Positions 15,853 to 24,696 of a stretch of 24,696 bases of DNA are shown here, piece after piece. Source of the stretch: a virus. Its lineage: Duplodnaviria > Caudoviricetes. The DNA lies in IMG/VR virus record IMGVR_UViG_3300017911_002232, positions 1 through 24,696 of that record; one strand, given 5' to 3'. The translations under genes were made by a program, and so were the position numbers. The notes under the pieces were generated by a model. It was given only the letters and a program-made list of their open reading frames with translations. It ran no database searches and was not told the origin of the DNA. How positions within the stretch are numbered: the first letter of the stretch is position 1; the number at the start of each line of letters is the position of its first letter.

Positions 15853-15870
15853 AATAAATAATACTAAATA
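15853..15870 (+). promoter_or_regulatory. Candidate late promoter(s) for the neck operon (AATAAATA and ACTAAATA)
   Basis: Two tandem late-promoter-like boxes about 25-40 nt upstream of the gp13 start. Confidence 0.6.
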
Positions 15871-15893
15871 TAGATGAGAATAGGGATTGATCC

Positions 15894-16637
15894 ATGGCAA
15901 TGCCAACCACAAGAGACGAATTTAAAGACTACATTCTTCGTAAGCTTGGCCAACCTGTTATTGAAATTAACGTTTCTGACGAGCAGGTTGAAGACCGCAT
16001 CGATGAGGCTGTAGACTATTGGCGCGATTATCATTATAATGGTAGCCAACTTGTTTATCTAAAACACGAACTCACAGAAGATGATGTAGAAAATAAGTAC
16101 ATTACGCTTCCTACTGGAATACTTGGAATTCAAGGAGTGTTCCGTTTTAACTCAAATGTTGCAACTGGTCAAGGTATGTTTAACGTATCTTATCAGTTTG
16201 TTTTTAATAATCTTACAGATCTTACAAGTTACAATCTACAAAACTATTATATGACCTTGCAGCACATTGAATTTATGCAAGAAATACTTGTAGGACAAGC
16301 ACCAATTCGCTATAACAAACACGTAAATAGATTGTACCTTGACGTTGATAAAGACACCTTAAAAGAAGGTAACTATATCATTGTTGAGGCTTATGACGTG
16401 ATTGATCCAGATACATATCCGGATGTATGGGGCGATCGTTGGCTGCAAAATTATGCGGCTGTTCTTGTAAAAGAAAACTGGGGTGCTAACTTAACCAAAT
16501 TTACAAACATGCAATTGGTCGGCGGTGTTTCCTTTAATGGGGAACAAATCTTAGCAGAAGCAAGGGAAGAACGTCAAAGAATGGAAGAAGATGCTATTCA
16601 GAATCTTCAGCCACTCACCTATAATTTTATTGGATAA
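15894..16637 (+). CDS. gp13: Neck protein gp13
   Basis: R.EFKDYILRKLG.PVIEINVSDEQVEDRIDEA...YHY.G, WG.NL.KF...QL.GGVSFNG; first gene of the T4 13-20 block. Confidence 0.93.
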   Translation: MAMPTTRDEFKDYILRKLGQPVIEINVSDEQVEDRIDEAVDYWRDYHYNGSQLVYLKHELTEDDVENKYITLPTGILGIQGVFRFNSNVATGQGMFNVSYQFVFNNLTDLTSYNLQNYYMTLQHIEFMQEILVGQAPIRYNKHVNRLYLDVDKDTLKEGNYIIVEAYDVIDPDTYPDVWGDRWLQNYAAVLVKENWGANLTKFTNMQLVGGVSFNGEQILAEAREERQRMEEDAIQNLQPLTYNFIG

Positions 16638-16640
16638 GAT

Positions 16641-17333
16641 ATGGCAACTAGCAATTTCTTTCGTAACTATGACAGCGTTTACGAGCAGAATCTAATTGAT
16701 GATTTAGTTATCGAATCAATTAGAATCTATGGTGTAGACATCATTTACGTTTCGTGTTCGCTCGAGGGTGAAGATAAAATCCTGAACGAAGACGACATTC
16801 GCGTGTTTGATTCAACATTTGATTTTGAAGTTTATGTTAAGAATGTAGATGGTTTTGAAGGCGAAGGAGATTTCTTATCTAAGTTTGGCTTGCAAATCCG
16901 AGACTCTGTTACATTTACGGTTGCACATAGAACCTTTGAAAGATTTGTTACGAAGGATACATTTGATACGAATCCAATTAATCGCCCAAGAGAAGGCGAT
17001 TTGATTTACTTCCCACTTAACGAAAAGCTATTTAAGGTTACTTACGTTGAGCACGAAAGTGTATTCTATCAAACAGGTGCTTTACAAGTTTATGATATGA
17101 AATGTGAACTGTTTGAATATTCTGGCGAACGCTTTGAAACTGGCCGTGAAAATATTGACGACTTATTCGCGAATGCTGATGCAGACTTTGATACAGCAAC
17201 AACTCTGGAATCATTAGAAGATAAAGATCCATTTGCACGTAACTTGGCGTTTGAAGAAGAGGGCGATGACATTATCGACTTCTCAGAAATTGATCCATTT
17301 AGTGAAACCATTGATACTCAGGATAACGACTAA
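16641..17333 (+). CDS. gp14: Neck protein gp14 (head completion)
   Basis: EQNLIDDLVIESIRIYG, GFEGEGDFLSKFGLQIRD, RPREGDLIYFP, CELFEYS, DFSE.DPF. Confidence 0.93.
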   Translation: MATSNFFRNYDSVYEQNLIDDLVIESIRIYGVDIIYVSCSLEGEDKILNEDDIRVFDSTFDFEVYVKNVDGFEGEGDFLSKFGLQIRDSVTFTVAHRTFERFVTKDTFDTNPINRPREGDLIYFPLNEKLFKVTYVEHESVFYQTGALQVYDMKCELFEYSGERFETGRENIDDLFANADADFDTATTLESLEDKDPFARNLAFEEEGDDIIDFSEIDPFSETIDTQDND

Positions 17334-19456
17334 TGGCTATTGCAAATTACTTTTATAACGAAACAACTCGAAAATATGTTGCACTATTTGGTACGTTGTT
17401 TAATCAAATTAAAATTGAAAGAGCTAAGGTAGACGGCACTGTTGTACAGGACATGATTGTTCCTTTGTCCTACGGCCCAGCTCAGAAGTTCCTTGCAAGG
17501 CTACAACAAGATCCTAACTTAAATCGCAAATCTGCAATTAATCTTCCTCGTATGTCGTTTGAGATTATGAGCATGAATTATGATCCTGAGCGCAAGGTAG
17601 GGCAGACAAGAAAAATACTTAAAACAACAGACGAGGTTACCGGACAGCGTAACTTTACATATGTTGGTGCACCATATAATCTTGAGTTTCAGCTGTCAAT
17701 TATGACTAAGTATTCTGAAGATGCGGCTAAAATTCTTGAGCAAATTATCCCATTCTTTCAGCCAGATTTTACACAAACGGTAAATCTTATTCCTGGGATA
17801 GATCCATTAGACATTCCAATTATCTTAAACAGCGTAACAACCGAAGAACTATACGAAGGCTCGTTTGAAGAACGTCGAAGCGTATTGTACACTTTAGGTT
17901 TTACAATGAAAGGTTGGTACTTTGGACCACAAAGAAAACAAAAAGTTATCAAGTTTATCGACACAAACCTCTATAAAGGTACTGATGCAAATGCGCCGTT
18001 CCTTGAAGGAGTCGATATCAGGCCTGGTTTGGACTCTGAAGGAAACCCAATTACTGGACGAGATGGTATTCGTGCAACAGCTACTGCGACTGTTGAGAAT
18101 GGTGTAGTCACAGCAATCACTGTAAACGAAGATGGCGAAAAATATAGCTCAAGCAATACTGTAATAGTTACAATTGACCCGCCGTCAACAACAAACGCGG
18201 CAGCTGTAGCTACTGTCTCAAATAATCAAATTTCAAGTATTTCTGTAACAGAAGGCGGAGGGTTTTACACTAATACTCCTGCTATTACAATTACAGATCC
18301 AAACCAATCTTTTACAACTGCTACGGCTACGGCCACTGTAAATGCAAACAATATCGTAACTGCAATTAATGTTACAAACTCTGGAACATTCTATGCTTCT
18401 GCAAACGTGAGCATTTCAGAACCAGCTGCAAGGGCATCTCAAATTAAGTTTGGAAACGATGCTCTTGCTCATGATAACTATTCCGATGTAATCGATATTG
18501 GTCCAGTAGATGGGACGGTTGCAACTGGTATAAACCAAGGTTATGCTATTGAGTTTTGGATATATCCTACAATTTTCCCAAGTTCTCTTGCTCTTCGCAT
18601 TGTAAGCTTTGAAGGTAGCAATATGAGAATTGAATATAATGCTACGAGTGGTGAGTTGTTCTACTATCCTCCGTTTGGTAATGGCCAATCTTCTCGTGGT
18701 TATAACCTTGTATTAAATCAATGGAACCACGTAAGATTTGAACACGTTGGTTCAGCTCAAACATTTGTCATAAACGGAACAGTTACAGGCGGCGGTTTTG
18801 TCGGTCAAGGTACAATTCTTACAAATGGAACAAACGTAATTATCGGTGATCATATCGATACGTCAAATAATGTTGCTAATGGCGATAGAAGTTTTATTGG
18901 TTTCCTTGACAACTTTAGAATGGATTCTATTACAACTTTGGCTGGAGCAGCTGGTGATTCTTACACAATGCCAAATACTGCTTTATCAGGATCTTTTATT
19001 ACTGAAAACTTTGAAAAAGAATTTGCTACTGCAACCGCAAATGTTGTAAATGGAGAAATAGTAAGTATTGATGTAACAGACGGTGGCGCAAATTACACTT
19101 CAACTCCGACGGTTACTATCACAGCACCAAACGATTCAAGATCAAATTACAGAGCAACGGCTACCGCGAATGTTGTAAATGGTGCGGTTGATTCCATTGA
19201 TGTTACAGATGCTGGTAAATTCTATGTGAGTGCTAACGTAAGCATCGCGGTACCAACTCCTGTTACCGCTACAGCCAACGCGGTTGTAAGCGAAAGTGGT
19301 GATATTAGCTCTATTATAATTAGTAATGGAGGTAGTGGTTATAGTTCAGCACCTACAGTTACAATTGCTGAACCTAGAGCAACATCACTGCCATACAATC
19401 AGATCGAGTTTGATGACAACTGGGGAATCATTACTACGATTGTTGAAGAGGAATAA
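17333..19456 (+). CDS. gp15: Tail sheath stabiliser / tail completion protein gp15 with a large inserted repeat + LamG-like region
   Basis: The N-terminal ~240 aa has YFYNET.RKYVALFGTLFN, VPLSYGP.QKFLARL, LPRMSFE, PYNL.F.L, ILEQI.PFFQP, DIPIILN and F..RR. The protein is 707 aa versus ~270 aa for T4 gp15. Confidence 0.92.
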   Translation: MAIANYFYNETTRKYVALFGTLFNQIKIERAKVDGTVVQDMIVPLSYGPAQKFLARLQQDPNLNRKSAINLPRMSFEIMSMNYDPERKVGQTRKILKTTDEVTGQRNFTYVGAPYNLEFQLSIMTKYSEDAAKILEQIIPFFQPDFTQTVNLIPGIDPLDIPIILNSVTTEELYEGSFEERRSVLYTLGFTMKGWYFGPQRKQKVIKFIDTNLYKGTDANAPFLEGVDIRPGLDSEGNPITGRDGIRATATATVENGVVTAITVNEDGEKYSSSNTVIVTIDPPSTTNAAAVATVSNNQISSISVTEGGGFYTNTPAITITDPNQSFTTATATATVNANNIVTAINVTNSGTFYASANVSISEPAARASQIKFGNDALAHDNYSDVIDIGPVDGTVATGINQGYAIEFWIYPTIFPSSLALRIVSFEGSNMRIEYNATSGELFYYPPFGNGQSSRGYNLVLNQWNHVRFEHVGSAQTFVINGTVTGGGFVGQGTILTNGTNVIIGDHIDTSNNVANGDRSFIGFLDNFRMDSITTLAGAAGDSYTMPNTALSGSFITENFEKEFATATANVVNGEIVSIDVTDGGANYTSTPTVTITAPNDSRSNYRATATANVVNGAVDSIDVTDAGKFYVSANVSIAVPTPVTATANAVVSESGDISSIIISNGGSGYSSAPTVTIAEPRATSLPYNQIEFDDNWGIITTIVEEE

Positions 19457-19459
19457 ATT

Positions 19460-19915
19460 ATGTCAAAAGATGATAAGATCTCAAAGGCTCTTGGAATAAG
19501 ACCAATTACTGAAATTAAAGACGAGCTTACTCCGTTACAGCCTGAAAAATATGATGACAATTTGCCTGTTGAAGCAAAGCAAGGTGAGATCATTCCAGTT
19601 GAAGATGAACATCAGGCCGACTTAGAACTTGCTCGCCAAAACGTTAAAAACATTATTGAGATGGGAGATGATGCTGTTGCTGAAATGGTTGAAATTGCCA
19701 AGCAATCAGAGTCTCCTCGAGCATTTGAAGTTGTATCTACATTAATGAAAACTCTACTTGATGCTAACAAAGATTATGTAGATATTTCTTCTAAAAAGAA
19801 ATTTGAAAAGGGTGATAAACCACAGCAGGAAACTAACGTAACAAATAATAATCTTATTGTTTCTACCGCAGACCTTCTGAAAATGATTAAAGGCGATGGA
19901 GATGGGAATAATTGA
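19460..19915 (+). CDS. gp16: Terminase small subunit gp16
   Basis: D.ELARQN...IE.G..A......A..SESPRAFEV...L, followed by NVTNNNL..STADL.K; located between gp15 and gp17. Confidence 0.9.
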   Translation: MSKDDKISKALGIRPITEIKDELTPLQPEKYDDNLPVEAKQGEIIPVEDEHQADLELARQNVKNIIEMGDDAVAEMVEIAKQSESPRAFEVVSTLMKTLLDANKDYVDISSKKKFEKGDKPQQETNVTNNNLIVSTADLLKMIKGDGDGNN

Positions 19916-21536
19916 TATCATCACCAAGGGCTACCTTGGTAATAACAATCTAAAGCGCATTGGGGAAGAGATCGAGTGGACCCAAGAAATGCTTCAAGAG
20001 TATGTCAAGTGCTCAAAAGATCCTGTGTATTTTGCTAAAACTTACATTAAGATTGTTCACGTTGACCACGGACTTGTTCCCTTTAACATGTATGATTACC
20101 AAGCTGAAATTACACAAAAGATTACCGACAACCGCCGAGTAGCTGTACTTACAGCTCGCCAGTCAGGTAAGACAACAACAGCTGTTGCTGTAATTCTCCA
20201 TTACATTTTATTTAACGAATTTAAAACTGTAGCTATTCTAGCCAACAAGGGTGACGCCGCTAGAGAGGTTCTAAGCAGAGTTCAATTAGCGTATGAAGCA
20301 TTACCTAAGTGGATGCAACAAGGCGTAGAGGAATGGAATAAAGGTAACATTACCCTTGAAAATGGTTGTAAGATCTATGCAGGTACAACGTCATCGTCTG
20401 CTATTCGTGGTAAATCTATTTCGTTTCTATACCTCGATGAGGTTGCATTTATCGAAGGCTACGATGAATTTTTTGCTTCGGTATATCCAACCATATCATC
20501 TGGTGAATCTACAAAGCTTCTAATGACATCAACGCCGAACGGTTTAAACCACTTTTGGAAAACATGTAAAGGTGCTGAGGAAGGCACCAATGGTTACGAG
20601 TTCGTCAAGGTGATGTGGGATGATGTCCCAGGGAGAGATGAAAAGTGGAAAAACGAAACTCTTGCCGCATTAGATTACGACGAACAAAAGTTTAAACAAG
20701 AATACGAGTGTGGCTTTCTAGGAAGTTCAGGTACATTGATTGATGGTGGCAAGCTTAAAAATCTTGCTTACGATAGACCAATTATGGACCAACAAGGAAT
20801 TACTCAGTACAGAAAACCTGAGCCAGGGCATGAATACGTATTAGTTGCTGACGTATCAAGAGGTAAAGGTTTAGACTATTCTACCTTTAACGTAATTGAT
20901 ATTACAGAAATGCCTTATCAGCAAGTCTGTGTGTTTAGAGACAACTATATAGGGCCAGTTGACTTTGCTAGCTTTATATATAGATTAGGAAACATGTATA
21001 ACGAGGCTGCGGCATTGATTGAAATTAATGACATCGGTTCGCAAGTTTCGGATACTTTGTTAATGGATTATGGGTATGAGAATATGCTCTATACTGCAAA
21101 CATGGGAGCGAGAGGAAAGCAAATATCTTCTGGCTTCGGTGGAAAAAGATTAGATAATGGAATTAGAACAACCAAATCCGTAAAATCTATTGGATGCTCT
21201 ATTTTGAAATCACTCATTGAACAAGACCAATTCATCGTAAGGGACTACAATACAATTCAAGAATTATCACGTTTTTCCAAAAAAGGTTCTTCTTATGAGG
21301 CTGAACCAGGATCTCACGATGATCTTGTAATGAACTTAGTATTGTTCGCGTGGTTAAGCGACCAAAGCTATTTTAAGGATATGACCGATATTAACACGCT
21401 CCAAAAGTTAAGAGAAAAGACTGAGGAGCAAATTGAGGAAGAAATGCTACCATTTGGTTTTATTGATGATGGTGCTAACGTAGACGAGGAAGGCCTTTCT
21501 CTCGAACGCGATGGCTGGGGTGAGCAGATTTATTAA
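19896..21536 (+). CDS. gp17: Terminase large subunit gp17
   Basis: YLGN.NLK, Walker A RQSGKTT, ILANK, SSAIRG, Walker B FLYLDE, STPNG, nuclease DVSRGKGLDYS and HDDLVM. The start could be ATG19896 or ATG19902. Confidence 0.97.
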   Translation: MEMGIIDIITKGYLGNNNLKRIGEEIEWTQEMLQEYVKCSKDPVYFAKTYIKIVHVDHGLVPFNMYDYQAEITQKITDNRRVAVLTARQSGKTTTAVAVILHYILFNEFKTVAILANKGDAAREVLSRVQLAYEALPKWMQQGVEEWNKGNITLENGCKIYAGTTSSSAIRGKSISFLYLDEVAFIEGYDEFFASVYPTISSGESTKLLMTSTPNGLNHFWKTCKGAEEGTNGYEFVKVMWDDVPGRDEKWKNETLAALDYDEQKFKQEYECGFLGSSGTLIDGGKLKNLAYDRPIMDQQGITQYRKPEPGHEYVLVADVSRGKGLDYSTFNVIDITEMPYQQVCVFRDNYIGPVDFASFIYRLGNMYNEAAALIEINDIGSQVSDTLLMDYGYENMLYTANMGARGKQISSGFGGKRLDNGIRTTKSVKSIGCSILKSLIEQDQFIVRDYNTIQELSRFSKKGSSYEAEPGSHDDLVMNLVLFAWLSDQSYFKDMTDINTLQKLREKTEEQIEEEMLPFGFIDDGANVDEEGLSLERDGWGEQIY

Positions 21537-21547
21537 AATTACATTTT

Positions 21548-21555
21548 TATAAATA
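21548..21555 (+). promoter_or_regulatory. T4-type late promoter TATAAATA
   Basis: Exact consensus in the gp17-gp18 intergenic region. Confidence 0.88.
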
Positions 21556-21608
21556 TCATTAGTCATAGAAACAAACATAAACGCGTTTAATATATAAAGG
21601 AGAAAAAT

Positions 21609-23531
21609 ATGGCTTTTTCCGTAAGTCCTTCCGTAATTGTTCGTGAAGTAGACGCATCGGCAACAGTACCAGCCATCGCGACACCTCCAGCAGCTATTGC
21701 TGGTATTTTCCGTTGGGGCCCTGTTAATGAACCGGTTCTAATTACTTCAGAAACAAATCTAGTAAATCGCTTTGGTAAGCCAAACGATAATAACTATGAA
21801 ACGTTTTTTACTGCCGCTGATTATTTAGCATATGCAAATGCTTTGTATGTTGTACGCGCTGATGACGATTCCGCAAAAGCAAGCGGTAACGTATTAGATG
21901 CAAATAACGACATCACATCGTATGGCGCATTTGAAGCTAAGTATCAAGGTGCTTTAGGTAACTCTTTAGAAGTTGCTTGGGTATCAGCTGACGGCTACGA
22001 AGACGCAGAGCTAGCAGTTGGTGACATTCCAGCTAATGCTCCAGAACAATCAAACACAGACATTCGTCAAACTGTAGACTTTAACTCAGATACAATTGAA
22101 TTCCAATTAGCTAACACTGCTCAAATCACTTCTATTGAAGCTGGAGACAAAATTAAGATTGGTAATGATTCAGTCGGATTCCAAGAGCTTACAGTTACAG
22201 GTATCACAGAAACAGCAAATACTCAAACATATGGATCTGGTAACACAGCCGTTACTGCAACAGCAGCTTATGACTATGAGATCACAGTATCTCCTAAGTT
22301 TACACTTGCTGAAACAGAGCTGAATGAACTATCCATTACAAAGCAATGGGCGTATGGCGGCTTATTTAACTCTAAGCCATCTGCAAATCACGTGCACGTA
22401 GCAGTTATCGATAGCACTGGTGATATCACAGGTGAAGCAGATACTGTAGTTGAAGTATTTGAAAACTTATCCACAACTGAAGGCGATACAAGAGCAGACG
22501 GTTCAAACAAATACTACGTAACAGCAATTGAAAATGGCTCTGCATGGGTTAAAGTTGCTAATAGCTCAGTAGTTGGAACTGCATCCGGCGCTCTATCCAA
22601 GTACGAAGCTTTATCAGGCGGCACAGATGCTAGAACTGAAAGCACTGCAACTCTGGGTCAACTTGGTTTCGCATACGATGAACTGAAAAACACCAACGAA
22701 ATTGATGTTAACTTTGTACTACAAGGTAAAGGCGATGACGCTGGTAACCGTGCAAACTATATCATTTCAAACGTTGTAGATTATCGTAAAGATTGTGTAG
22801 CTTATCTATCACCTTCTAAAGAAGCTGTTGTTGATGCTACTGCAACAAATACTAAGATGAACAACGCAATTGCATATCGCAACAAGCTACAAAGCACATC
22901 TTATGCGTTCTTGGATAGCGGATATAAGTATCGCTACGACAAGTACAATGATACATATCGTTGGACACCACTAAATGGTGACACAGCCGGTCTTGCATCA
23001 AGAGTAGAAGTATGGGAATCTCCAGCAGGTTTCCGTAAGGGTATCATTAAGAACGTTGTAAAACTTGCATTTAATCCAAACAAAGCACAGCGCGATCAAC
23101 TGTATAGCTCAGATATTAACCCAGTTATGGCTCAAGTTGGCCAGGGTATCATGCTATTTGGTGACAAGACGCTGCTTGGTACACAAAGTGCGTTTGACAG
23201 AATTAATGTACGTAGATTGTTTATTGCTGTTGAAAAATCAATTGCAACTGCGGCACAAGGATTCCTCTTTGAACTGAACGATGAGTTTACTCAATCACAA
23301 TTTAAAAATATTGTTGATCCGTTCTTGAGAGACATTCAAGGCCGTCGCGGTATTATTGATTTTAGAGTTGTATCCGATGCAACTGTAAATACTCCTACTG
23401 TAATCGACCAAAACAAATTCCGTGCAAACATCTTCATCCAACCAGCACGTTCTATCAATGTTATCGAACTTACATTCGTGGCAACAAGAACTGGTATCGA
23501 GTTTGACGAAATTGTTGGTTCAATTAGTTAA
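21609..23531 (+). CDS. gp18: Tail sheath protein gp18
   Basis: AAGGAG RBS; SPSV.VREVD, F.WGP, FG.P, YDKYND.YRW.PLNGD.AGL, SPAGF.KG, LFGDKT, AFDRINVRRLF, PARSIN.I.L.FVATRTG..F.E. Confidence 0.97.
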   Translation: MAFSVSPSVIVREVDASATVPAIATPPAAIAGIFRWGPVNEPVLITSETNLVNRFGKPNDNNYETFFTAADYLAYANALYVVRADDDSAKASGNVLDANNDITSYGAFEAKYQGALGNSLEVAWVSADGYEDAELAVGDIPANAPEQSNTDIRQTVDFNSDTIEFQLANTAQITSIEAGDKIKIGNDSVGFQELTVTGITETANTQTYGSGNTAVTATAAYDYEITVSPKFTLAETELNELSITKQWAYGGLFNSKPSANHVHVAVIDSTGDITGEADTVVEVFENLSTTEGDTRADGSNKYYVTAIENGSAWVKVANSSVVGTASGALSKYEALSGGTDARTESTATLGQLGFAYDELKNTNEIDVNFVLQGKGDDAGNRANYIISNVVDYRKDCVAYLSPSKEAVVDATATNTKMNNAIAYRNKLQSTSYAFLDSGYKYRYDKYNDTYRWTPLNGDTAGLASRVEVWESPAGFRKGIIKNVVKLAFNPNKAQRDQLYSSDINPVMAQVGQGIMLFGDKTLLGTQSAFDRINVRRLFIAVEKSIATAAQGFLFELNDEFTQSQFKNIVDPFLRDIQGRRGIIDFRVVSDATVNTPTVIDQNKFRANIFIQPARSINVIELTFVATRTGIEFDEIVGSIS

Positions 23532-23537
23532 TAAATA
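23530..23537 (+). promoter_or_regulatory. Candidate late promoter AATAAATA upstream of gp19
   Basis: Overlaps the gp18 stop codon; followed by an AGGAG RBS and ATG23559. Confidence 0.6.
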
Positions 23538-23558
23538 ATATCAAACAGGAGATAAAAC

Positions 23559-24092
23559 ATGGCATTTAACATCAACCAGTTTAAAGCAGAACTAGTCGGT
23601 GGTGGTGCCCGTCCTACGCTCTTTCAAGTACAAATCACAAACCCGATCGATCCAGCAGCAGATGTAAAAATTCCGTTTCTGGTTCGTTCGGCTGGCATTC
23701 CGGCCTCTTCAGTAGGAAGCTACGAAGTTTCCTACTTTGGCCGTTCAGTAAAGTATGCTGGTGATAGAGTATTTGATGACTGGTCGGTCACGGTCATTAA
23801 CGACGAAGATTTTGCAATTCGCAACGCTTTGGAAGCTTGGTCTAACGCTATCAACTCACACGACGGCAACCTTAGAGCACTTCCACAAGATTATAAATCA
23901 AACGCTCTGATTACGCAATTCAGTAAAGATGGTTCTCCACTACGTACATACGTATTTGAAGGGCTGTTCCCAGTGGCAATCGATGGTATTGGCATGGACT
24001 GGGATGCAAGAGATCAGATTGAGGAATACGGTGTAACATTCCAGTACGATATGTGGAGAGTTGAAGGTAACACTGGCGTTCCAACCACTTAA
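23559..24092 (+). CDS. gp19: Tail tube protein gp19
   Basis: GGARP.LF.V, GR.VK.AGDR.FDDW.VTVINDEDF.IR.A.E.W, QIEE..VTF.Y. Confidence 0.96.
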   Translation: MAFNINQFKAELVGGGARPTLFQVQITNPIDPAADVKIPFLVRSAGIPASSVGSYEVSYFGRSVKYAGDRVFDDWSVTVINDEDFAIRNALEAWSNAINSHDGNLRALPQDYKSNALITQFSKDGSPLRTYVFEGLFPVAIDGIGMDWDARDQIEEYGVTFQYDMWRVEGNTGVPTT

Positions 24093-24117
24093 TTTTATAT
24101 AATGGAGAAATGACACT

Positions 24118-24696
24118 GTGGCGAAGATCTTTGGATTCGAGATAACAAGGGCAGATCAAGAAGAGACTGGAAAACAAGCACCAGTCTCTTTTGTCGAGCC
24201 TACAAACGACCAAGGTGCTATTACTGTTGGTAATGCCCTTGGTGGATTCTATGGCACAATGCTTGACATGGAAGGCGCGGCTAAAACCGAGTCTGAGCTT
24301 GTCACAAAATACCGTGGAATGTCAATGCATCCAGAGGTTGCACAGGCGGTTGACGAAGTTGTAAACGAAGCAATTAATGTTGATACTGACGATAAGGTCG
24401 TTGAACTTGTTCTTGATGATACCGACCTTCCTGAAAAAGTACAAGATAAGATTCGTGAAGAGTTTGATAACGTTTTAGCATTATTAGACTTTCGTAACCA
24501 AGCCTATGACGTTTTCAGTAAGTTTTATGTTGATGGCCGTTTAAACTATCATGTAATGATTGACAATGAAGAAAAAAAAAGAAGAATCACAAAACATAGA
24601 TACAACGAACATCGTAAAATTAAACTAATACGTCAAGTTGACAAAAACTCAAAAGATCCACACTCTGAAAAAAAAAAAAAAAAGATTAAAAACGAA
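24118..24696 (+). CDS. gp20: Portal protein gp20, 3'-truncated (not in the supplied ORF track)
   Basis: GGAG at 24104-24107 then GTG24118: MAKIFGFEI...ELVTKYRGMSMHPEVAQAVDEVVNEAI...KIREEFDNVL.LLDF...FYVDGRL.YH; the frame is open to the window end. Confidence 0.93.
   Translation, partial: MAKIFGFEITRADQEETGKQAPVSFVEPTNDQGAITVGNALGGFYGTMLDMEGAAKTESELVTKYRGMSMHPEVAQAVDEVVNEAINVDTDDKVVELVLDDTDLPEKVQDKIREEFDNVLALLDFRNQAYDVFSKFYVDGRLNYHVMIDNEEKKRRITKHRYNEHRKIKLIRQVDKNSKDPHSEKKKKKIKNE

Noticed and set aside
19896-21536. Intein or intron in the terminase large subunit
   Set aside because: The length (546 aa) is ordinary, the motifs are contiguous, and no splicing or homing-endonuclease motifs are visible.
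1040-24213. The many short alternative-frame and minus-strand ORFs in the supplied track (60-124 aa)
   Set aside because: They overlap long, motif-supported + strand genes and show no recognisable motifs; they are expected shadow ORFs.
24667-24690. Poly-lysine tract or poly(A) tail as a biological feature
   Set aside because: It falls in the A-corrupted terminal region and is probably a sequencing or assembly artefact.
1-24696. Stop-codon reassignment, tRNA or rRNA genes
   Set aside because: Core genes are full length under the standard code, and the intergenic gaps are short with no cloverleaf-like sequence seen.

Overview
A 24.7-kb segment of a T4-like myovirus genome (late/structural region, all credible genes on the + strand). 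Left to right it holds the 3' end of a virion structural/fibre gene and a giant (~3,750 aa) highly repetitive tail-fibre/adhesin with a C-terminal Peptidase S74 chaperone. Next come two small paralogous fibre-associated genes and a three-gene sugar-handling cassette (GH130-like beta-propeller, TPR + FkbM-like methyltransferase, cytidylyltransferase + cupin isomerase). The canonical T4 core order follows: gp13, gp14, gp15, gp16, gp17, gp18, gp19 and the start of gp20. T4-type late promoters ([T/A]ATAAATA) precede several genes. The most notable observations are: (i) a gp15 carrying a nested 3-repeat/LamG-like/3-repeat insertion; (ii) a fibre built from ~25 conserved linkers and reused cassettes, including a 278-aa tandem duplication; (iii) the glycan cassette embedded between fibre and neck genes; (iv) a perfect TTGACA-N16-TATAAT promoter on the minus strand pointing antisense into that cassette. 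All product calls come from motif recognition and synteny only; no database search was run.
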